Virus record (IMG/VR): IMGVR_UViG_2563366819_000005
Length of the DNA stretch: 40,880 nt
Strand: one strand, 5' to 3'
Source: a virus
Taxonomy: Duplodnaviria > Heunggongvirae > Uroviricota > Caudoviricetes
In this document: positions 9,381 to 18,523 of the stretch, in pieces
Layout: every line of letters starts with the position of its first letter
Numbering within the stretch: position 1 is the stretch's first letter
Made by a program: the position numbers and the translations under genes
Notes under the pieces: generated by a model
What the model was told of the DNA's origin: nothing
The model's input: only the letters and a program-made list of their open reading frames with translations
Database searches by the model: none

Positions 9381-9794
9381 AAAACGGATCAAAAAGCGTT
9401 ACCAGAGGAAGAGAAAGAGGAAGAGAAAGAGGAAGATATAAATACTTATCTCCCCCTAAATCCCCCTCGCCAAAAACGAGCGTCTAAAAAATTCGAACCG
9501 GAGGCTATCGAGCTGCCTGACTGGTTGCCGGAAACACTCTGGCATGAGTGGGTTCAGTTCAGGCAGGCATTGCGAAAACCGATTCGAACGGAGCAGGGCG
9601 CTAACGGGGCGATACGGGAGCTGGAAAAATTCCGCCAGCAGGGTTTTTCACCTGAGCAGGTGATTCGACACAGCATCGCCAACGAATACCAGGGCTTGTT
9701 CGCGCCGAAAGGTGTTCGACCTGAGACGTTACTCCGACAGGTTAACACCGTCTCGTTACCGGATAGTGCGATCCCGCCAGGCTTCAGGGGGTAA
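8994..9794 (+). CDS. ydaU: YdaU-like replication initiator / replisome organiser
   Basis: Upstream of a DnaC-like gene. N-terminal region followed by an acidic EEEKEEEKEE linker. Contains the iteron-like palindromes, analogous to lambda O. Confidence 0.75.
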   Translation: MASNWIKLEVITPDKPEIFRLAEILNIDPDAALGKVIRFWAWADQQMIDGNAECNARGVTKSAIDRITFMAGFADALIQVGWLVETNGVLSLPNFERHNGKSSKKRAVTNERVTKIRELKRKGNAASVTKTDQKALPEEEKEEEKEEDINTYLPLNPPRQKRASKKFEPEAIELPDWLPETLWHEWVQFRQALRKPIRTEQGANGAIRELEKFRQQGFSPEQVIRHSIANEYQGLFAPKGVRPETLLRQVNTVSLPDSAIPPGFRG

Positions 9795-9800
9795 CTGACC

Positions 9801-10547
9801 ATGAAAAATATTGCGACAGGCGACGTTCTTGAACGTATCCGCAGACTGGCCCCGTCACATGTAACCGCGCCATTCAGGACGGTAGCGGAGTGGCGCGAGT
9901 GGCAACTTTCCGAAGGCCAGAAACGTTGTGAGGAGATCAACCGTCAGAATCGTCAGTTGCGGGTGGAAAAAATTCTGAATCGCTCTGGCATCCAGCCATT
10001 GCACCGCAAATGCTCGTTTTCGAATTACCAGGTGCAGAACGAAGGGCAGCGATACGCGTTGAGTCAGGCGAAATCCATCGCTGATGAACTGATGACCGGG
10101 TGTACAAATTTTGCGTTCAGCGGAAAACCTGGTACCGGGAAGAACCACTTAGCGGCAGCTATCGGGAATCGCCTGCTGAAAGACGGTCAGACAGTGATTG
10201 TGGTTACCGTGGCTGATGTTATGAGTGCCCTGCACGCCAGCTATGACGACGGGCAGTCAGGCGAAAAATTTTTGCGGGAACTGTGCGAAGTGGATCTGCT
10301 GGTTCTTGATGAAATTGGCATTCAGCGCGAGACGAAAAACGAGCAGGTGGTACTGCACCAGATTGTTGATCGCCGGACAGCGTCGATGCGCAGCGTGGGG
10401 ATGCTGACAAACCTGAACTATGAGGCCATGAAAACATTGCTTGGCGAGCGGATTATGGATCGCATGACCATGAACGGCGGGCGATGGGTGAATTTCAACT
10501 GGGAGAGCTGGCGTCCGAATGTCGTCCAGCCAGGAATTGCGAAGTAA
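9801..10547 (+). CDS. ydaV: DnaC-like helicase loader (AAA+ ATPase), YdaV-like, 248 aa
   Basis: Walker [16 protein letters not shown] and Walker B LLVLDEIG. Adjacent to the initiator gene. Confidence 0.9.
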   Translation: MKNIATGDVLERIRRLAPSHVTAPFRTVAEWREWQLSEGQKRCEEINRQNRQLRVEKILNRSGIQPLHRKCSFSNYQVQNEGQRYALSQAKSIADELMTGCTNFAFSGKPGTGKNHLAAAIGNRLLKDGQTVIVVTVADVMSALHASYDDGQSGEKFLRELCEVDLLVLDEIGIQRETKNEQVVLHQIVDRRTASMRSVGMLTNLNYEAMKTLLGERIMDRMTMNGGRWVNFNWESWRPNVVQPGIAK

Positions 10548-10569
10548 TTTTTACCGGGAGAAAAATTTA

Positions 10570-11331
10570 ATGGAGACTGTTTTTGACGTACTGAAAGCAA
10601 TGGGAAAAGCCACATCCATAGAACTTGCTGCGCGACTTGATATCAGTCGTGAAGAAGTGCTGAACGAACTATGGGAACTGAAAAAGGCTGGTTTCGTTGA
10701 TAAAAGCGCGTACACCTGGCGTGTGGCTGATAACAACGTTCAGCAGGAACAGCCAGCGCCGGCAGAACTGCCGGAAGAAACTACCACGGCAACAGTCGCG
10801 AAAATTTCAGAGAGCGATTTAACTGCGACGATTGAACAACGTGGACCACAAACGGCGGATGAGCTGGCTACATTGTTTGGTACCACATCACGCAAAGTGG
10901 CTTCAACGCTGGCAATGGCAATCAGCAAAGGTCGTCTGCTTCGCGTAAATCAGGGCGGTAAATTTCGTTACTGCATACCGGGCGATAATTTACCAGCAGA
11001 GCCGAAAGCAGCATCGGTAGCGGAAACTGCTGGTAAGGCCTTTCCTCAGCCCGCAGGTGTTGCGTTACCAGTACAGGAGGCTGCAACACAGGAAGATATT
11101 AAAACAGAAACTGTGGCGGACATTGTGCAGTCGCTGCCATCGTTTACTGAAACGCGAGCGGATGACCTGGTTTTACCATCACTGCATATGGCAAACCGCG
11201 AACTGCGTCGGGCGAAAAATCATGTCCAGAAGTGGGAGCGTGTCTGCGCCGCGCTGCGGGAGCTGAACAAGCACAGGGATATTGTACGACAGATTACTGA
11301 TTCTTCCCGCCATGTTGCATCGGAAAAGTGA
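10570..11331 (+). CDS. YdaW-like phage protein with winged-helix-like segments (full length here)
   Basis: [45 protein letters not shown]... GGGAG SD upstream of the ATG at 10570. Confidence 0.55.
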   Translation: METVFDVLKAMGKATSIELAARLDISREEVLNELWELKKAGFVDKSAYTWRVADNNVQQEQPAPAELPEETTTATVAKISESDLTATIEQRGPQTADELATLFGTTSRKVASTLAMAISKGRLLRVNQGGKFRYCIPGDNLPAEPKAASVAETAGKAFPQPAGVALPVQEAATQEDIKTETVADIVQSLPSFTETRADDLVLPSLHMANRELRRAKNHVQKWERVCAALRELNKHRDIVRQITDSSRHVASEK

Positions 11332-11346
11332 TTGCCGGAGGCACCT

Positions 11347-11778
11347 ATGGCAAAAGTATTTACACCAGAAGAGCGGGAAAAAATTAAAGGGCAGGTTGTT
11401 GAACTTGTACGTCTGAGCGGTCGCGAGACGTTACGGGCTCTGGAGGCTAAAACCGGTGCATCAAGGTATTACATAAGCACTCTCGCCAGAGAACTGGTCG
11501 CCAGTGGTGATGTTTACAATTCAGGCTACGGATTATTCCCGTCTGAGCAGGCTCGTAAGGACTGGCAAAACGCCCGCAAAAAACTATCCAGGGCAAAGGT
11601 GAAAAAAACGGTTGTGGTTGATCCTGACCTTATCTGGTCATTACCAGACGGAGAAATACGCCGCTACGACAGGCGCCTGAATATAATCTGTCGCGAGTGC
11701 CGGAAAAGCGAAGTTATGCAGCGTGTACTGGCATTTTACCAGAGTAATTTCAGGAGGTTGTCTGGTGAGCACGATTAA
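11347..11778 (+). CDS. Hypothetical phage protein (143 aa)
   Basis: ORF with GGAGG SD 6 nt upstream of the ATG at 11347. No family recognised. Confidence 0.45.
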   Translation: MAKVFTPEEREKIKGQVVELVRLSGRETLRALEAKTGASRYYISTLARELVASGDVYNSGYGLFPSEQARKDWQNARKKLSRAKVKKTVVVDPDLIWSLPDGEIRRYDRRLNIICRECRKSEVMQRVLAFYQSNFRRLSGEHD

Positions 11779-11803
11779 CTACTAGGGGGGATAACAATAA
11801 AAT

Positions 11804-11823
11804 AAAGCCTCCTAGGAGGCTTT
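11804..11823. terminator. 20-bp perfect palindrome AAAGCCTCCTAGGAGGCTTT; candidate bidirectional terminator between convergent genes
   Basis: Perfect inverted repeat flanked by A/T-rich sequence. Contains the stop codon of the methyltransferase gene. Confidence 0.4.
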
Positions 11824-12852
11824 GATTATATTAAGCAAATGTTTTCCAATCGTTTCAGACATCTTCGGAGGGACCGCATTTCCTATTTGACGAGCCCGAG
11901 ATTGCAAAGAACCAATAAATTTATAATCCAAAGGAAATGTTTGTAGACACGCTGCTTCACGAACCGATATTGCTCGATTTTGTGTTGGATGTCCAAAACG
12001 TCCATTTGAATAGCTAATACAACGAGTTGTTAGTCCGCTGGCTGGTTTGTCCCAACTCAAACGTCCATATACGTCTGTATGCCCTTTATGGTTACGATGG
12101 CATTCTAAAATCAATTCATCTGGCCAAAATTCTCGACTTCCACCTTCAGGAGTGCATTTTATTCTACGTAAATTAAGCTCTGATAAGCGTGCAGCTTCAT
12201 GATCAGGAATACTATTATGCTTTTCTCCTGCTTCTATCTTCGGTAAATTAGCGATCCAGTCCTTTACTGTTGAATAGGGAGTATTTCCAACCCCATGTGT
12301 AGGAGAAGGCAATGCGACATAAAAATCCTTGGATGCAATGAGCACTAATCTTTCTCGCGTCTGTGGTACACCGTACCACGCAGCTGGCATTACTTTATAA
12401 TCTACACTATATCCCTTTGATGAAAGCATTTCTAAAAACATCATGAATGTTCCTTCATTTTTGTTAAACTTTTGCATTCCTGGCACGTTTTCAACAAAAA
12501 TAAAATCAGGCATATAATGCTCTACAAAGCGACTGAATTCCTTTAATAGATCTAATCGTGGATCATCATTTTTCTTATTTGAGTTTTGCTTAGAGTACGG
12601 TTGACAAGGCGCACATCCTGAAAAAAGAATGTAATCATTACGATGTTTTTTTACTAACTTGTTTATGGCATTGTTGTCGATTAACCTAATGTCCGAGTTA
12701 ATAAAAGCAGCCTGCGGGAAATTTGCACGAAATGAACTGGCTGCATCAACGTCGAAATCGAGGCCAAAAACAATATCCATTCCAGCTTGATGGAAACCTT
12801 GGCTGGTTCCACCACAACCGGAAAAGAAGTCAAACACTTTGATTTTTTTCAT
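11812..12852 (-). CDS. DNA (cytosine-5)-methyltransferase (346 aa from ATG at 12852)
   Basis: C5-MTase motifs in order: FDFFSGCGG (motif I), GCAPCQPYS (motif IV PCQ, catalytic Cys), FVENVPGM (motif VI ENV), QTRERLVLIA (motif VIII), GNAVPP (motif X). GAGGG SD before the ATG. Confidence 0.85.
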   Translation of the reverse strand: MKKIKVFDFFSGCGGTSQGFHQAGMDIVFGLDFDVDAASSFRANFPQAAFINSDIRLIDNNAINKLVKKHRNDYILFSGCAPCQPYSKQNSNKKNDDPRLDLLKEFSRFVEHYMPDFIFVENVPGMQKFNKNEGTFMMFLEMLSSKGYSVDYKVMPAAWYGVPQTRERLVLIASKDFYVALPSPTHGVGNTPYSTVKDWIANLPKIEAGEKHNSIPDHEAARLSELNLRRIKCTPEGGSREFWPDELILECHRNHKGHTDVYGRLSWDKPASGLTTRCISYSNGRFGHPTQNRAISVREAACLQTFPLDYKFIGSLQSRARQIGNAVPPKMSETIGKHLLNIIKAS

Positions 12853-12875
12853 TTTTCCCTCTGCATCCAGAATCA

Positions 12876-14705
12876 CTACCTAATGATACCACGGTCAAGA
12901 GCCTGAGTAATTATTTTTCTTATTTTTATAAATTCAGGCAATTCATTTTTAAGTCTTGCGGTCATCATTTGTTGGAGGCAAAAAATTTCCTCTGCATTTA
13001 CTTCTTCTTTATCATACAGGTGTTGCGCTAATAATCTTATTTGATTCTTATACAGTTCTGGATCATTAGAACTCCAGGTCTGTGAATCAATTATTTCTTT
13101 TTCACTTGGCGTAATTGCCTTTTCAATGAGTAATTGTTCGGGAGTATCAAATGGTAAATACTGCACTTTATTGAATGCATACTCAAGCACTTGCCTTTTG
13201 AGTCTATTAGATTCTTGTTCATTTTTTTTGCCATTACTACCACTGGCATTGATAATTAACTCGCAACCATAATATTTGCACATTGTATTAACTAAATCAG
13301 CATCAGCAATTTCACTAATTCTTACTGGTTTTATTTTTTTGTTTTTATCACCATCAAGTAAAAACAAAATATCATTGCGTTCTACCACAGCGTAACTGGG
13401 AAGATGCTTGCTTAAAATGGTCTCCGAACCACCTGGTATATAACTTACACTAAATGATAAGCTTAATCTTTCATCATTTTTAATCGCTTTATCTATAATT
13501 GCTTTAGCTAATTTATCTTCTACAATTATTGTTTTCTTGTTAATATCATGCCCTAGCTCTATAAAAGCTTCATCCGGTGCTATATTTTGAACTATTTTAG
13601 CTGTTTCACTCTCTTCATCAAAAACAAATAATTTAATGGCATCTTTGGGAAGAGTGTTCACAATAACAGGAGAATGGGTTGATATTACCACTTGATGTTT
13701 TTTCTGCTCAACAATAGAGTACAGAACATCCATCATCCTTTTTTGTGCACCAGGGTGAAGTGAAACTTCTGGTTCGTCAAGAAGAATTAATGAATTAGGT
13801 TTGGCCGAATAAATATTGAGTATTAGTGAAACTATTGCAAATTCACCACTTCCAGCAAACGCTTCTGTATAGTTCAACTTATCAGTTGAAAGTAAAGCGG
13901 TTCCTCCTCTGGTTCCAAATAACCGATGCTCAAGAAATTTAATGACTTTATATTTTTTCCCTAATATAAATGAGACGTGCTCAACTAGTTCTGGCGCCAA
14001 GGTTATATTTTTAACAATGGTTTCCGCCCCCCAGAGTCTTAAATTACTTAGCTTTTCATCAAAAGCTTTCTTTATATATTTAGATTTGCTTCTGATATAG
14101 TCTTGCTTTGTAATTAATACACCACTCTTCTTCTTTCTTAATTTAAAATCAGAGTGATACATACATCTATCAAATGCACTTATTTCCGATCTGAAATCTA
14201 GGAAAACCAATCCCTTCTTGATTTTTTTCCATCTGGTTGCATTACTATTAGCACCCAGATCATCCGAAATACTCTCCATGTTATCACCAACAGATGGTCG
14301 ACTTGTTTCCCAATAATCGATTGTTTTCTTGGTAGCATTGATACGTGCTTGGAGTATTTCAACTAAACGGCCATCAGCATTTTTATATCCATATATATAT
14401 CTAGGTTTAAGAGAACTGCCATCAGCAAGTTTTAGGTCAGGAAACTCATCTGTTTCAGTTGTGAACCAATAACGAGTTATATTTTTACCATGTGGGCAAC
14501 CAAATAGCGCTTTGATAACAGAACTTTTATTAGTTCCATTTTTTCCTACTAAAGCCGTTATAGGGAACTGAAAATCGATCCTTGCATTCTGCTCTATATT
14601 TTTAAAGTATGGAAAACGGATATGTTGTATGAATGGTTCAAATTCACCGTTTTTTAACGCGCACTGGAGTGTTCGAATTTTGCTCTTGTATGCGGAAGTG
14701 CTCAT
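12876..14705 (-). CDS. OLD-family-like protein: N-terminal ABC-type ATPase plus putative C-terminal TOPRIM nuclease domain (609 aa)
   Basis: P-loop ALVGKNGTNKSS (GxNGxxKS type as in RecF/OLD), Walker B SLILLDEPEVSLHP, H-loop ISTHSP. C-terminal IIVEDKLAKAII followed about 55 aa later by LFLLDGDKN, resembling the TOPRIM Glu and DxD motifs. Visibly AT-rich. Confidence 0.65.
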   Translation of the reverse strand: MSTSAYKSKIRTLQCALKNGEFEPFIQHIRFPYFKNIEQNARIDFQFPITALVGKNGTNKSSVIKALFGCPHGKNITRYWFTTETDEFPDLKLADGSSLKPRYIYGYKNADGRLVEILQARINATKKTIDYWETSRPSVGDNMESISDDLGANSNATRWKKIKKGLVFLDFRSEISAFDRCMYHSDFKLRKKKSGVLITKQDYIRSKSKYIKKAFDEKLSNLRLWGAETIVKNITLAPELVEHVSFILGKKYKVIKFLEHRLFGTRGGTALLSTDKLNYTEAFAGSGEFAIVSLILNIYSAKPNSLILLDEPEVSLHPGAQKRMMDVLYSIVEQKKHQVVISTHSPVIVNTLPKDAIKLFVFDEESETAKIVQNIAPDEAFIELGHDINKKTIIVEDKLAKAIIDKAIKNDERLSLSFSVSYIPGGSETILSKHLPSYAVVERNDILFLLDGDKNKKIKPVRISEIADADLVNTMCKYYGCELIINASGSNGKKNEQESNRLKRQVLEYAFNKVQYLPFDTPEQLLIEKAITPSEKEIIDSQTWSSNDPELYKNQIRLLAQHLYDKEEVNAEEIFCLQQMMTARLKNELPEFIKIRKIITQALDRGIIR

Positions 14706-14853
14706 TGTTTACTAAAGTCCATAATAGGCTATTAACAGGTTGAGGATGACATGATAACGATTTTTAATGCAGATAAAAGAGGTTTGTTGGTTAGCACACA
14801 ACAGAAAAAGTGACCTTACCGCTTGAACGAAAGGTAAGGGTAAGTAGGCTGTG

Positions 14854-15006
14854 ATGCAGCAAAAGACGATGTTAATCGCCCTGATTGTCATCTGTATTAC
14901 CGTCGTTGTGATGGCACTGGTAACAAGGAAAGACTTCTGCGAGGTACAAATCCGAACCGGTCAGACGGAGGTCGCTGTCTTCACAGCTTACGAACCTGAG
15001 GAGTGA
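14854..15006 (+). CDS. Hok/Gef-family type I toxin (HokD/RelF-like, 50 aa)
   Basis: Hand-translated MQQKTMLIALIVICITVVVMALVTRKDFCEVQIRTGQTEVAVFTAYEPEE, closely resembling HokD/RelF as I recall it. Single transmembrane helix plus conserved C-terminus. Confidence 0.75.
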   Translation: MQQKTMLIALIVICITVVVMALVTRKDFCEVQIRTGQTEVAVFTAYEPEE

Positions 15007-15013
15007 GAGACCA

Positions 15014-15035
15014 GGCGAGGGAGAAATCCCTCGCC
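15014..15035 (+). other. Stem-loop GGCGAGGGA-GAAA-TCCCTCGCC just 3' of the hok-like ORF (hok mRNA 3' structure)
   Basis: Perfect 9-bp stem with a GNRA tetraloop 8 nt after the stop codon. No U-tract follows. Confidence 0.4.
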
Positions 15036-15471
15036 ACCTCTGATGAGTCAGGCATCCTCAACGCACCCGCACTTAACCAACTTTGGCGGGTATATTTTAT
15101 CTGTGAATATTTTTATAAAAATAATGCCCACGCACAGCATAAAACAAAAAGTATTATAGATAAAAAAGGAACGTAATGTGCAGATTTGTTGTTTTCCATA
15201 TTTACTCACCTTAATATGATTAACCCTAATAGGGTTGTTATTTCAGCGGTTTTCAAATGAGATATTATGGTGATCTGGCAGATTTGCATAACATTAAAAT
15301 TTAATTTGTTTAACCGCTTTTAATAATAAGCGTTGTTTGTATCCCAGCAATCTGTTGTTTGGTTTTTATTCCATTAAGGTGGGGCTTTACACTGGAGCCA
15401 GTTTATTTATACTTCATACGTCAGCCTGAACAACTGGCATCTGCTGCGCTGCGCCATCGAGAGATTAAGAA

Positions 15472-16071
15472 ATGGCGCATATACAACTGGTCAAACAAAC
15501 CTCTTCCGGATTACTTCTCCCGGCGACGCCGGAGAGTTGTGATTTTCTGCATCAAATCAAAATAGGCGAGTGGATACACGCAGACTTTAAGCGTGTGCGT
15601 AACAACGCATTCCACAAGCGTTTTTTCAAACTCCTGCAACTGGGATTCGATTACTGGACTCCGGTCGGTGGGGCGATCACGCCTCGCGAACGAGAACTGC
15701 TGTCTGGTTTCGTTGATTACCTGTGCGAATCAGTTGGTCGGGAACACACGCCAGCCCTGAGTGATGCCGCAGAGCAATATCTGAATACAGTTGCGACACG
15801 CAGAACCCGGGATACGGCATTGCTAAAGTCGTTTGAGGCTTTTCGCGAGTGGGTAACCATTCAGGCCGGATTTTACACCGAGCATATTTATCCGGACGGT
15901 AGCCGTGGGCGTCGGGCAAAATCCATCGCTTTTGCGAATATGGACGAAGTCGAGTTTCAGCAGGTTTATAAATCTGTACTGAATGTGCTGTGGAACTGGA
16001 TTCTGTTCCGTAAATTCTCCTCTCAGGAGGAAGTTGAAAATGTGGCCGCACAACTACTGGAGTTTGCGTAA
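15472..16071 (+). CDS. Nin-region-like phage protein (DUF1367-like), 199 aa
   Basis: Position and coupling (TAATG overlap with the next gene) typical of lambdoid nin-region genes. Family assignment from memory only. Confidence 0.5.
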   Translation: MAHIQLVKQTSSGLLLPATPESCDFLHQIKIGEWIHADFKRVRNNAFHKRFFKLLQLGFDYWTPVGGAITPRERELLSGFVDYLCESVGREHTPALSDAAEQYLNTVATRRTRDTALLKSFEAFREWVTIQAGFYTEHIYPDGSRGRRAKSIAFANMDEVEFQQVYKSVLNVLWNWILFRKFSSQEEVENVAAQLLEFA

Positions 16072-16361
16072 TGGTGAATTTACGTAAAGCGGCTAAAGGC
16101 CAGATGTGCCAGATCAGAATCCCTGGCTACTGCAATCACAATCCCGAAACCTCTGTGCTGGCGCATTACAGGCTGGCGGGGACGTGCGGAACAGCGACAA
16201 AACCACACGATATGCAGGCGGCGATAGCCTGTAGCTCATGCCACGATCTAATCGACGGGCGGGTAAAAACCAGCGATTACACCAAAGAAGAATTGCGCCT
16301 GATGCATGCTGAAGGGGTTTTTCGCACACAAGAAATCTGGAGAAAGAAAGGTCATTTATGA
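16071..16361 (+). CDS. YbcO-like (DUF1364) putative metal-binding nuclease, 96 aa
   Basis: MVNLRKAAKGQMCQIRIPGYCNHNPETSVLAHYRLAG...ACSSCHD: Cys/His-rich, same length and pattern as DLP12 YbcO. Confidence 0.6.
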   Translation: MVNLRKAAKGQMCQIRIPGYCNHNPETSVLAHYRLAGTCGTATKPHDMQAAIACSSCHDLIDGRVKTSDYTKEELRLMHAEGVFRTQEIWRKKGHL

Positions 16362-16900
16362 TTTACCCAACGAATACAGGAAAAAGCGGAGAACACCTTC
16401 GCCTCACCACGCTGGAAAGTGTCTGGATTCAGGGAAAACTACGTATGTGGGGGCGCTGGTCGTATATTGGCGGTGGCAGGTCAGGGAATATGTTCAATCA
16501 GTTGTTGGCATCCAAAAAACTGACGAAAACAGCCATTAATGAAGCCCTGCGCAGAATGAAAAAAGCGGGAATAGAGAAAGCTGAGCTGGAAGCGTTTTTG
16601 CGAGAGATGATCAACGGCAAGCAAAAGAGCTGGCTGGCGCATTGTACTGATGCAGAGGCGTTATGTATTGATCGAGTCATAAGTGAGGTGCTGGCAGAGC
16701 ATCCAGGATTGATTTGCATTCTCCGGCAACGCTATGAAGGGCGGGGGATGACTAAGCGCAAAATGGCTGAATTGCTAAATGATGCACACCCAGAGTGGTG
16801 TTTTAGCACATGCGAAAAACGGATTGCTAATTGGTTAGCTGTTGCTGAGTATGCCCTATATATTCCCATGCGTGAATCATTTGCTGAGAAAATGGCTTGA
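16358..16900 (+). CDS. Q-like late-gene antiterminator (180 aa)
   Basis: Last gene of the nin-like operon (ATGA-coupled), immediately upstream of a strong terminator and the lysis region. WGRW segment resembles small Q-family proteins. Confidence 0.55.
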   Translation: MIYPTNTGKSGEHLRLTTLESVWIQGKLRMWGRWSYIGGGRSGNMFNQLLASKKLTKTAINEALRRMKKAGIEKAELEAFLREMINGKQKSWLAHCTDAEALCIDRVISEVLAEHPGLICILRQRYEGRGMTKRKMAELLNDAHPEWCFSTCEKRIANWLAVAEYALYIPMRESFAEKMA

Positions 16901-16985
16901 TTTCTTACGTATAAACTGCTTCAATTTTGCTATGCTTCGCAAAGCTGTATCGCGAGGCGGATTGCAGACATGGACATCGTAAAAA

Positions 16986-17007
16986 AACCGCTTAATGCGG
17001 TTTTTTT
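16986..17007 (+). terminator. Intrinsic terminator (tR'-like): AACCGC-TTAAT-GCGGTT followed by T7
   Basis: GC-rich 6-bp stem with a run of 7 T after it (and an A-run before), about 85 nt downstream of the Q-like gene. Confidence 0.6.
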
Positions 17008-17328
17008 ACGTCAGGAAAGCAGGGGAGAATGCTGCTAGTTGGGCAACTGGTCTTTCTGCTCCAAATTATAACAGAGACCAGTTATAGTTTCGGTGCTGTG
17101 TTTTTTTTACAATATTGTGATAACACATTGCTGGCGGGAGTTTTGATATTTCTTGGCAGGGGCTGATGATGCGTTATCCTGATGTCGTCAACTCATATAA
17201 AATGAGATGAGAGATCATTGCAGGGTGGTTTGTAATTCGCTGTTTAGCGGGACAATATGTTGTCTGATACAAGACACCCGACGCCTCAGATTACTATAAT
17301 AAAGACGAAGCATCCTTTGTATTGACCA

Positions 17329-17353
17329 ACCGCCTGTTTAGGCGGTTCTTTTT
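17329..17353 (+). terminator. Intrinsic terminator ACCGCC-TGTTTA-GGCGGT followed by TCTTTTT; may end a short transcript
   Basis: Hairpin plus T-tract. A TATAAT hexamer lies at 17295-17300 upstream. Confidence 0.4.
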
Positions 17354-17944
17354 GGGCTGGTTTATTGTATGCCAAATGATTATTAAAAAGGTTGTGTTAA
17401 TAACAAAATCCGAAATAATATGCCTGCATATTTTTATCTTGCTTATATTCTGCATATTGTGCATAGCAGGCTCATCCCTGCAATCAAAACTGTATGATGA
17501 GTATTTTTTGTTTTCCTTTTTTCCAGTCATCTGATGATGACCTGCTTCTTTTTAATCCGGATCGACATCAGTTTTTTAAGATAATTCCTGCGAGTTATAT
17601 GCATAAATACCACAAACTCCGCATTTTATGTGGTTGGGAGTTGCCGGGCGCGCAGTGAGTTTGCTAAGAAAACTCCTGCATGGTGAATCCCCCTGTGCGG
17701 TGGGGTGATACCATTAACCTTTTCTGTCGCCGACAGGTATCACGAACATTTTGTTCACCGGGAGGCACCCGGCACCATGCACTTCAATAGATTCTCTCCA
17801 CATTATGGATATTCTTTCAGAATATCCCACGCAGACTTTGTGTAAATGTTAACAAATGTGCGTTTTATTTGATCTGATTCGCTGTTTGAGCGTCCAAAAC
17901 AACGGTATATATAATCCTTTACTATATGACATATGTGAGGAAAA

Positions 17945-18373
17945 ATGGGTTTTCGTAGCGCATCAATTCTTACGTTGATTATTAGTGGGATTATTATCGG
18001 GTGCACTGATGCTGTATCGACAAATTATCATGACCGTACATCATATTACTCCGATAAAGCAATAGAGACACAGTATGTGAGTTCATCTGAACGTACTTCT
18101 GATGTTAGGGAGGATATCCGTCTGTATGCCCATCAAATCAAGAGCGCCATCGAAAAACAGTTCGGGGATGCGAGTAAGTATTCAGGAAAAGAGTGTACAC
18201 TGAGAATGCATATGGCCCCGAATGGCCTTCTACTGGAGGTTAAAAGAGAAAGTGGAGACCTCGATTTATGTCGTGAAGCGATGAATGCGATAAAGAATGC
18301 TGATATACCTGCCCCCCCTTCGCCGGAAGTATATAAAGTATTTCAAAATGGGGTGCTGGATTTTAAACCCTGA
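17945..18373 (+). CDS. Putative lipoprotein moron 1 (142 aa)
   Basis: Signal peptide with lipobox (IIIGC). C-terminal domain is paralogous to the next gene. AT-rich. Confidence 0.6.
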   Translation: MGFRSASILTLIISGIIIGCTDAVSTNYHDRTSYYSDKAIETQYVSSSERTSDVREDIRLYAHQIKSAIEKQFGDASKYSGKECTLRMHMAPNGLLLEVKRESGDLDLCREAMNAIKNADIPAPPSPEVYKVFQNGVLDFKP

Positions 18374-18523
18374 TATTTATTGTTTTGTAATAAACGGTTT
18401 CGGCTTAGGTTTGTTCTGACACAGCTACGGCACTGAGCTAAATTTAGCGGATAGTCAGCTCTGAGCCAGTGGCGGACGTAACAACTACTATTGCTGAGAT
18501 TTTAATGGATTGAGGAGCAAGAA

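Noticed and set aside
11804-11823. The CCTAGG-centred palindrome as the methyltransferase recognition site
   Set aside because: CCTAGG is not a known Dcm-type CCWGG site and a single occurrence is uninformative. The palindrome is more simply a terminator hairpin.
12876-14705. Interpreting the 609-aa ATPase as a housekeeping RecF/SMC-like protein
   Set aside because: Its prophage cargo context, AT-rich composition, tight coupling to a methyltransferase and C-terminal TOPRIM-like E/DxD motifs fit an OLD-family defence nuclease better.
14706-14853. mok-like overlapping reading frame upstream of the hok-like ORF
   Set aside because: All upstream ATG frames hit stops before reaching hok, so no canonical mok is called.
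17010-17944. tRNA genes in the Q-to-lysis interval (expected by analogy with Stx phages)
   Set aside because: Scanning by eye found no GTTCGAATC-like T-arm or cloverleaf-compatible segment. Not called; a covariance-model search would be decisive.
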